Positions 52,942-64,000 of a DNA stretch of 64,000 nt are shown here, one piece after another. The position numbers and the translations under genes are program-made. How positions within the stretch are numbered: position 1 is the first letter of the stretch; each line of letters opens with the position of its first letter. Under the pieces are notes generated by a model, which ran no database searches, was not told the origin of the DNA, and was given only the letters and a program-made list of their open reading frames with translations. The stretch is from the human T2T-CHM13v2.0 reference genome, Homo sapiens: the NCBI RefSeq assembly GCF_009914755.1, contig NC_060925.1, one strand, 5' to 3'.

Positions 52942-54312
52942 TCTCCCTCTCCCTCTCCCCGGTCTCCCTCTCCCTCCACGGTCTCCCTCTGATGCCCTCT
53001 CCCCGGTCTCCCTCTCCCTCTCCCTCTCCCTCTCTCTCCACGGTCTCCCTCTGATGCCGAGCGGAGGCTGGACTGTGCTGCCGCCATCTCGGCTCACTGC
53101 AACCTCCCTGCCTGATTCTCCTGCCTCAGCCTGCGGAGTGCCTGGGATTGCAGGCGCGCGCCGCCACGCCTGACTGGTTTTTGTATTTTTTCGGTGGAGA
53201 CGGGGTTTCGCCGTGTTGGCCCGACTGGTCTCCAGCTCCTGACCGCGAGTGATCTGCCTGCCTCGGCCTCCCGAGGTGCCGGGATTGCAGACGGAGTCTC
53301 CCTCACTCAGTGCTCAATGGTGCCCAGGCTGGAGTGCAGTGGCGTGATCTCGGCTCGCTACAACCTCCACCTCCCAGCCGCCTGCCTTGGCCTCCCAAAG
53401 TGCCGAGATTGCAGCCTCTGCCTGGCCGCCACCCCATCTGGGAAGTGAGGAGCGTCTCTGCCTGGCCGCCCATTGTCTGGGATGTGAGGAGCCCCTCTTC
53501 CCGGCCGCCCAGTCTGGGAAGTGAGGAGCGCCTCTTCCCGGCTGCCAGCCCGTCTGGGAAGTGAGGAGCGTCTCTGCCCGGCCGCCCGGCGTCTGAGATG
53601 TGGGGAGCGCCTCTGCCCCGCCACCCCGTCTGGGATGTGAGGAGCGCCTCTGCCCAGCCGCGACCCCGTCTGGGAACTGAGGAGTGTCTCTGCCCGACCG
53701 CCACCCCGTCTGGGAGGTGAGGAGCGTCTCTGCCCGGCCGCCCCGTCTGAGAAGTGAGGAGCCCCTCTGCCCGGCCGCCACCCCGTCTGGGAGGTGTACC
53801 CAACAGCTCATTGAGAACGGGCCATGATGACGATGGCGGTTTTGTCGAATAGAAAAAGGGGGAAATGTGCGGAAAAGAAAGAGAAATCAGATTGTTACTG
53901 TGTCTGTGTAGAAAGAAGCAGACATAGGAGACTCCATTTTGTTCTGTACTAAGAAAAATTCTTCTGCCTTGGGATGCTGTTAATCTATAACCTTACCCCC
54001 AACCCCGAGCTCTCTAAAACATGTGCTGTGTCCACTCAGGGTTAAATGGATTAAGGGCGGAGCAAGATGTGCTTTGTTAAACAGATGCTTGAAGGCAGCA
54101 TGCTGGTTAAGAGTCATCACCACTCCCTAATCTCAAGTACCCAGGGACACAAACACTGCGGAAGGCCGCAGGGTCCTCTGCCTAGGAAAACCAGAGACCC
54201 TGTTCACATGTTTATCTGCTGACCTTCCCTCCACTATTGTCCTATGACCCTGCCAAATCCCCCCTCCGAGAAACACCCAAGAATGATCAATAAATACTTA
54301 AAAAAAAAAAAA
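52942..54312 (+). mobile_element. Full-length SVA retrotransposon (older B/C-like), antisense to ENAH
   Basis: CCCTCT hexamers, Alu-like domain, VNTR (about 53410-53795), SINE-R, AATAAA at 54289-54294 and A tail; 14-bp TSD AAGAGTAATACTTT (52928-52941, 54313-54326) preceded by TT. Confidence 0.96.
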
Positions 54313-54772
54313 AAGAGTAATACTTTGAAATAGTCACATTTAAGGCATGAGAATTATTTCAGACTCACTGGTGACAATATGTCAATATTAAATAATGTTG
54401 AGAAAAAAATTTAATGAATGAGTTTATTCATACAAGTAAATTTCAAATTAAAATACATTTAAAAAGGAACCTAACTACAACTACTCTATGTTGATGTATG
54501 GTTGAAATGCGGATTCACAAGTACATGTTATATATAGTATTTATAATTATATATTGCATCTATATATAAAAATTGAAGATAAAATATTCTTCTAGGAAAA
54601 GATAAGCTAATTGAGATGCTCAAAAATCAAAAGTGATACCACCAATCAGAACTACAAAGTCAATCTAAATATCTCTGGAGGTGGTAATTCCAGACTCCAA
54701 TAAAATACAAGCATTCAAAATTTATGGTTACTGAGTTTCTACTAGTGATTGGAAAACTAACTCCACCCATTA

Positions 54773-55114
<342 letters not shown>

Positions 55115-57060
55115 TCAGATCAACAAATGCAAATGCATTATCAGACACGAAAAAGAAAAGGACATTTCCATCTGTCTTCCTTATAGTTAGTTGAAATATA
55201 CATGTCCACTGACAACTATGACATTACTTCTAAAAGTGAATTTAAATTCTATTCACAAAATAACAACCTAACCAAATAAGCAAATATGTAAGTGTACTTC
55301 CAGGCCCTATACATTATCCTTTCATACCACAAAAGACGTTCTAGTACTGAGTGACAGCTTTTAGACTATGCTTAGATAGAAATTGGGGTTACTAGGATCC
55401 TGGCTCAGGATTTAGACACATTATCTGATACATAAAGGTCAGCATAAACCCAAATTAAAAGCACCCATTGCAGGTTCTTATATCTGTGGTATTAAAAAAG
55501 TATTTTTTAAAAAACTGAAAGGATCTTAGCTGTACAGTGCTAAGTGGACAGTGTGGTGACAGGATGGCAATTAATTTAGTCTCTTCCTTAAACTCAACTT
55601 AATTTGTATCATCACAACTGGTCAGAGGTATGATTCACGCATGCAACTCCAACTCACTAGTAAGCTTAGGAATAGCCAGCTAAGTAAATTTTACTACTAA
55701 TGCTTCCAAAGGTCATTAGAATTTACATTCCAACACACAATATGAATAAATCTCATGTGATACTGCCATCTAAACCATCAGAAAGCACCTTAAGTCTCTC
55801 CCCTTACCAAAATGGTTAGATAATATACAGCTAATTTTGAACTGAAAGGTTCTGTTACCACCAACCTATGATTAAATCCTGAGCAAAATCTTAAGGGAAG
55901 GCATAACATTTTTAATTGTTCATCGTAGCTATCAATTATTCTTTCAAGGAAGCTCTCTTAAAAGAGGAAAGTTATCAGTCAGAAGCATTACCAGCCAGAA
56001 CTAAGTGAATGTAACTGGAATGAGCAGGAAAACATTTATCCTTGAGGCAAAGGAACATAATTTCAGGAACCAGGAGGCAGATTTCCACTACATACCAACT
56101 TGCACCTAATCCCAAACAGATTGTTCAACAGCTGTTGCCCTTGCCAAACTGGTCTCCATTCTCATCCAAACATCCCCCGGAGGAAAATGACAATTCCCTG
56201 AAAGCAATCAGCCTTACTAGCAATCAACTTTTCCAAAAACTGGGGAGAAAGAAAAAGTGAACCATGGGCCAATATCCCTAAAACCTAATAAAACAATATC
56301 CTGCCAGCAGCTCTTTATATGAAAGGTTCACGCATCTCACTTAAAAAAGAATGGTCATCCAGATACAAAATTGGCCACAGGGACTTCTTTCAATCATCTA
56401 GTGGCCAATTTGGAACCTTTTTCTCCTCACCTCTCCAAGATAGTACAGCACAGAAAAAAAGGGGAAGATAATCACCTCTCTGTTCCTACTATCAACTTCT
56501 GCTTCATATTCACTAATACGTAGTTCACTGATCCTAGACAGGTGCTCAGAACTGTCTCCACCCATTCCACAAATCTATCAAGTGCCTACCTACCAGTCTT
56601 TCTTGTTTTCCTCTGAAATATAGATGAATTCTCAGTGATCACTCTACAAAAACTCAACTTAGAAAGTTTCATGTTCTACTTAAAACACTTAAATGAGAAC
56701 ACTATCTCTGTGCTTTAGGTTTTCTGTTTTTAACCACCTTTATACCAGCAACTACCAGGAATCACCTTTAAAAAAATTCCAAAGGATTCTACTCTATACT
56801 AAATTACATTGCGTTACATGCAGGTAAAGGAAAGACATGAGCCAGAGTTCAGAGGAGTTTGATGGCACCAGTGGAGAGAGAGAAGGCCTACTTTCTGGCC
56901 CACAATAGGAGGGCAAAAGGTTAAAGAAGTCCGAGGACCCCTACAATGGCTTACCTTCTATCCCCAAGATGCCAAGCCTACATCAATTCATCTCCCAAAT
57001 CAGCATTACTCAAATGTTTAAGGCCTGTGATAAATAAATACACTGCATATACAACCCAGT

Positions 57061-57078
57061 ACACACACACACACACAC
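57061..57078 (+). repeat. (AC)9 microsatellite
   Basis: Direct count. Confidence 0.95.
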
Positions 57079-57229
57079 AAATGCACAGACACTAAATGTT
57101 TCATGAAACACTTGCCATTACCATGTGCAATGTTTCCTGAATATTTTCTATTGTCTTTCATTTGTGATAAATCCTGTTAAAAACCTACAGTTAGAAAAAC
57201 TAACCTACAGTTAGCAAAACACCACCCTT

Positions 57230-57555
<326 letters not shown>

Positions 57556-57784
57556 CTAGTCTTATTTTGGGGATCAGGGGAAGGAGGATGACTATAGAGA
57601 GAAAACCCATCAGAAACTTGGGATTAAGGAGAATCCCTGGGGCAGAAGGGCCTTCAGTCTCAGACATCCCAATTTAAAACCCTGAATGGTCTCAGAGAAA
57701 TGCTTTTAAAACACAGCTATCAGGTCAATTCTGCAGTCTCAGTGTCTTCCCAAATAAATTATAGACATCAAATGTCTGGTGATA

Positions 57785-57868
57785 CCAAAAACTACTTGTA
57801 CCCTAAAAGTATTGAAATAAAAAGTACATAAATGATAATAAATTTTAAAAATTCACTAAGCTAAAAAA
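57785..57868 (+). mobile_element. 84-bp L1 (L1PB/L1MA-like) extreme 3'-end insertion
   Basis: 15-bp TSD AAATGTCTGGTGATA; insert begins CCAAAAACTACTTGTACCCTAAAAGTATTGAAATAAAAA. Confidence 0.8.
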
Positions 57869-57893
57869 AAATGTCTGGTGATAATTAAATGTA

Positions 57894-57973
57894 CCGGATT
57901 GAACCATGTGAAACTGCCAACATCTGGTGATCTGTGACTTCCAAAAACAGTAATTTCTTACAGTTTAGCCTAA
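57894..57973. mobile_element. MADE2-like mariner MITE, degenerate
   Basis: GGATTGAACCATGTGAAACTGCC...CAGTAATTTCTTACAGTTTAGCCTAA imperfect inverted ends. Confidence 0.6.
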
Positions 57974-58213
57974 TAGTGTAACACATACTTCAAGGATACG
58001 ATGCATTAAATGGCCTTGTGTGTACTACTTGAGAACGTACTAGCCCTCATTATAACACAGTTCCCACAGAAAGATATGTGCTAAGCTCCTACCAAAAATC
58101 TGATTTGAAAGCTGGAACTATCTGCAATTAAGATGTAATGTGATCTAGTATCTCTGAATGCTTTTCAATGTGACCACCAGCGGTTTCAACACTTCGTCAC
58201 TAGAAAAGTACCA

Positions 58214-58501
58214 GGCCTCGCGCGGTGGTTCACACCTGTAATCCCAGCACTTTGGGAGGCCGCGGCAGGTAGATCACAAGGTCAGGAGATTGAGACCAGC
58301 CTGGCCAACATGGTGAAACCCCGTATCTACCAAAAATACAAAAATTAGCTGGGCGTGGTGCCACATGCCTGTAGTCCCAGCTACTTGGGAAGCTGAGGCA
58401 GAAAAGAAAAATCGCTTGTACCCAGGGGGCGGAGGTTGCAGTGAGCCAAGATCGGCCACTGCACTCCAGCCTGGGTAATAAGAGCAAAACTGTCTCAAAA
58501 A
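58214..58501 (+). mobile_element. AluS (Sc-like), very short tail
   Basis: Flanks share CCAGGCCTC. Confidence 0.9.
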
Positions 58502-58641
58502 TGTCCCAGGCCTCTAATACAAACCCACTACTTTTCCATGCAACTTGGGATACTTGATTCATTCTTGTTTTCACACAATTACCAAATCTGGAGCCTCAAT
58601 CTCAGCCTGCTACTTTCTATCAGATCTATCTTATTTTCTGA

Positions 58642-58988
<347 letters not shown>

Positions 58989-59179
58989 GTGTGGAGATAG
59001 TCCTTTGTAGTCTTTGAAAGCCTCCTTCCTTATGGTGATATACTATCATTTGATAAAATGTGTCCCGAATTAAAACAAATCTCCTTGGGAAAATCTTCAC
59101 CCATGTCCACTTGCCTAATCATCTTTTTAAGAGTGACAATGCTATCATCCTATTACCAAATTCCAGAACCTTGGTGTGA

Positions 59180-59559
<380 letters not shown>

Positions 59560-60274
59560 TAAATCTATCTCTTAATCAACCACTAAGATTATTTTACATA
59601 TACACCATAATGGCCCAGTCACTCAATCTCCCAAATTCTTCATTGGCTTTTGTTAACCGCACACATCAAATACAAACATTTCCCACCTGCTACATGGACC
59701 TCTAACTGAATAAATCCCAAGCAGTCACTCCTAAATTTACCATTTACCTCAGCACACAGCTTCAGTTTCACCTAATCAGAAATTAGTTACTCTCTGTGAC
59801 ATACCTATCCTCCTTCTCAAAGCTCTACTCAGTCCTTGGAGACAGAAGTATTTGCCTTGGAAGAGGGGAGACCACTGAGAACTCCCTGTGCTCTCTTTGA
59901 TTCTCTCATAGCCTCCCTCTTCGTATCTCTCACTTCAAAAGAAGCTGAAAATGTTTCTACTTCTAACATGAAACAATCTATGTACTATCATCTTAGATGT
60001 GTAAAGAACATGTTTTTAACATGCCATTGCTCAACTCTTTAAAAAGTCATACTATTATTAAGACCATGTAACAACATGGAAAAGTGTCCATGGTTATGTT
60101 CATTGAAAAAGAACACTGAAGGTTATTATACATATTGAGTGTTAGGCTTATGGGGTGATGTCCCTTCAAATTTGTGTTCATATGTTTATATATTAGGAGT
60201 GATGGATATGTTTGCTATCTTGATTGTACACCTTAAATATGTGACATTTATTGTATGTCCTCAATAAAGGTGTT

Positions 60275-60400
60275 GGCCAGGCACTGTGACTCAAGCTTAT
60301 AATCCAGCACTTTGGGAGGCTGAGGCAGGAGGATCCTTTGAGCGCAGGAGTTAGAGACCAGACTGGGCAATATGGCAAGACCCCATCTCTATTTTTTTAA
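60275..60400 (+). mobile_element. FLAM-like Alu monomer
   Basis: Single left arm. Confidence 0.82.
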
Positions 60401-60446
60401 AGCTGTTAAAATGTTATATATTGTATTAAATATTTGATAAGCTATG

Positions 60447-60754
60447 TGTCTTAGTTGTTCCTGCTGCTACAACAAAATACCTTAGACTGAGTAATTTATA
60501 AACATGAGTGTACTGCTCACAGCTCTGGAGGCTGGGGAAGTCCAAGATCAAATTGCCAACAGATATGGTGTTTGGTGAGGGCATGCTGTTCATGGATGGC
60601 ACCTTCTATTTGTCCTCATATGGCAGAAGGGCAAAAGGAGCAAGCTCCCCTGACCTAACCACCTCTCAAAGCCCCTACCCTCTTAATACCATCACCTTGG
60701 GGGTAGGTTTCAACCTAAGAATCTTGGGAGCATACACATATTCAGACCATAGCA
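60447..60754 (-). mobile_element. MLT1A-like solo LTR
   Basis: TGTCTTAG...CAGACCATAGCA with 5-bp TSD CTATG. Confidence 0.88.
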
Positions 60755-61424
60755 CTATGGCAGAATGACATAACCACAAGCCTTAAGCATGTAAGGGCAG
60801 CTTATAAGAGCTAGGGGATAGGGGATCACAGAGAGTAATTTGCACCAGGAAGTAACTCGAAGGATGGATTTCAAAAGGAAAAAACTAGAAGCAGTGAGGG
60901 GCACAGGGATAAGACATAAAGAGAAATCCTCCACTCCAGCACCCCCACCATGGCCCAGTTTACAGAACCTTCTCAACTTGAAACAGAAAAACTTGCAAGT
61001 TAAGGCTTTAAAAGTAGGGGAACTTTTTATTACAGAAAAGGTTCTGGATTATGCTAAAATGCAAAAGAAAGGCAGATAGAATTTTTCAAGACACTAGAGT
61101 TCTTACTACGGATTTAAGAGATCTCTGAAAAAACAGGCTTAGAGAAAAATAAAACAAAGGTGGTTTTAATTTTGTCTATAATTAGCAAAGTAAATTCATT
61201 CCCTTGTTTTTCTAAATTATATTTCCCAATTTTTCTGTTTGGCTTAATATTGGTAAAAATGCTTCCTCTAAGGCTGTTAGATTACAGGCTATCTCATTTA
61301 TGTTGTTGAGCTCACCAGTACTAACCTGGTGACTGAGAAAAGAAAAAAAGAAATTAAGTCTTTATCAGCAAAGACTCATAATTTCACTTGTATATTCAAA
61401 AATATGATAATACTTCCATTAACA

Positions 61425-62074
<650 letters not shown>

Positions 62075-62122
62075 ACAAATCTCTTGAAAAACATAAAAAC
62101 TTTAAATACTAAAAGCTTCATA

Positions 62123-62686
<564 letters not shown>

Positions 62687-63495
62687 CAACCTGTCCTAGA
62701 CAATGAAAGGATGCTGTGATCTCAACACTGGACTCTATCCACCGGGGATGAAGAAGCCCAGATTAAGGTCCCCTAAAAGGAAAATGCCCCAGGATTCTGC
62801 TTTTGTTATCTGTCACAGGGTTGATTCTTCCCAGGTCACAATCTTACATGGTTTCTACATCACTGCATCACCAAATAAGTGGGAAAGCTAAGGACTATGT
62901 GCTCACCTAACCTGGTGGGATGTGAAACAGCTGACCCCTTAATGTGACAGATAGAGCTCATGGTGGAGAACTGTGGTCAACAATGGGGATGTCAGATGTT
63001 CGGAATTCCAGTGTCCCTATTCTCACACATAACCTGTTCCTGAAAAGCATGTGAAAGCAGAAGAGCTGAGCGATAGACTTAATTTCAAAATGGGTTTTCA
63101 TTCCAAGAGTCAAAAGATATGAAAAATCCTTAGGCTATGAATGTTTAGTTTTAAAAGCTAGGGTATAAGCAATCATTTAAAACAAGATAAAGTAAATATG
63201 AAATGCAGATAAAGTTAATTTTCTTAAATTCTTAGCTCAAATTCTAGTCTTCTTGGCACACCTAAAGCAATATTTAGCAGACAAAAATAATTTTTAAAAA
63301 ACTGCTCAGAGACTTTGCAAGAAATGAGATGTTGTCTTACCAATTTTCTTTAAGAAATATCTTAAGACATAGTTGAACTCCTGCCTTTTCTTCTTTTTAA
63401 AAAAAGAAGTCGTGCAAGCTACATTCCTCCACAAACTCTATGGTCCTGTCAATATAACAGATTACTAAAACAGTCAACACGTTTCCTGTATTTTT

Positions 63496-63782
63496 GTTTA
63501 TTTTTTGAGATGGAATTTCGCTCTTGTTGCCCAGGCTGCAGTGTAATGACATGATCTCAGCTCACCCCAACCTCCACCTCCTGGGTTCAAGCGATTCTCA
63601 GCCTCCCAACTAGCTAGGATTACAGGCATGTGCCAACGTGCCCGGCTAATTGTTTGTATTTTTAGAGAGACAGGGTTTCACCATGTTGGTCAGACTGGTC
63701 TCAAACTCCTGACCCCAGGTGATCCACCCACCTCGGCCTCCCAAAGTGCTGGGATTACAGGCATGAGCCACCACACCTGGCC
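63496..63782 (-). mobile_element. AluS (Sp/Sq-like)
   Basis: TSD TCCTGTATTTTT. Confidence 0.92.
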
Positions 63783-64000
63783 TCCTGTATTTTTTAAATA
63801 TAACTTAATTTTGCTATTGTCCTCTTTAGTTGAATTATCATAGTAGATATCCATTGCCAGCATTCCTTCTTCCATTTTAGAACTCTGTTCCTTCTACCCA
63901 TTGGTGCCCACCACAGTACCTCATCCCCCATTAAAGAAGAAGGGACAAAGATGCAAGTTGGACTTTACCAGTCTTTTTCAGGATTTTCCTCCCTGAAGAT

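Noticed and set aside
53410-53795. Repeat-spacer-like array
   Set aside because: SVA VNTR units, not CRISPR; eukaryotic DNA with no unique spacers.
53094-53811. GC-rich overlapping ORFs of up to 166 aa and a CpG-island-like patch
   Set aside because: Entirely SVA Alu-like and VNTR sequence; not a promoter or gene.

Overview
Human genomic DNA; a near-consensus AluYa5 and an SVA point to human or great ape, and Ya5 to human. The whole window lies inside ENAH (Mena, Ena/VASP family), transcribed on the minus strand. The only coding sequence I can support is the 166-nt exon 2 (5533-5698), encoding the N-terminal part of the EVH1 domain. Bases 1-5532 are intron 2 and 5699-64000 are the long intron 1. 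The rest is dense with repeats: about 50 Alus, a near-full-length ancient L1ME, HAL1, L2/MIR, MER21/MST/MLT1 LTRs, Tigger/MER2/MER30/MADE DNA transposons and one TSD-flanked SVA. Nearly all ORFs in the supplied track are repeat-derived artefacts. I found no novel multi-gene system. The best second-look items are a candidate 20-nt poison microexon in intron 2, a UG-repeat-flanked 70-nt cryptic exon candidate, an old Alu-L1-Alu block duplicated from about 23.6-24.1 kb to 38.2-38.8 kb, chimeric Alus marking L1 deletions, a young AluYa5, and a strong Alu strand bias. Repeat subfamily names come from my recall of consensus sequences, and boundaries of old elements are approximate.
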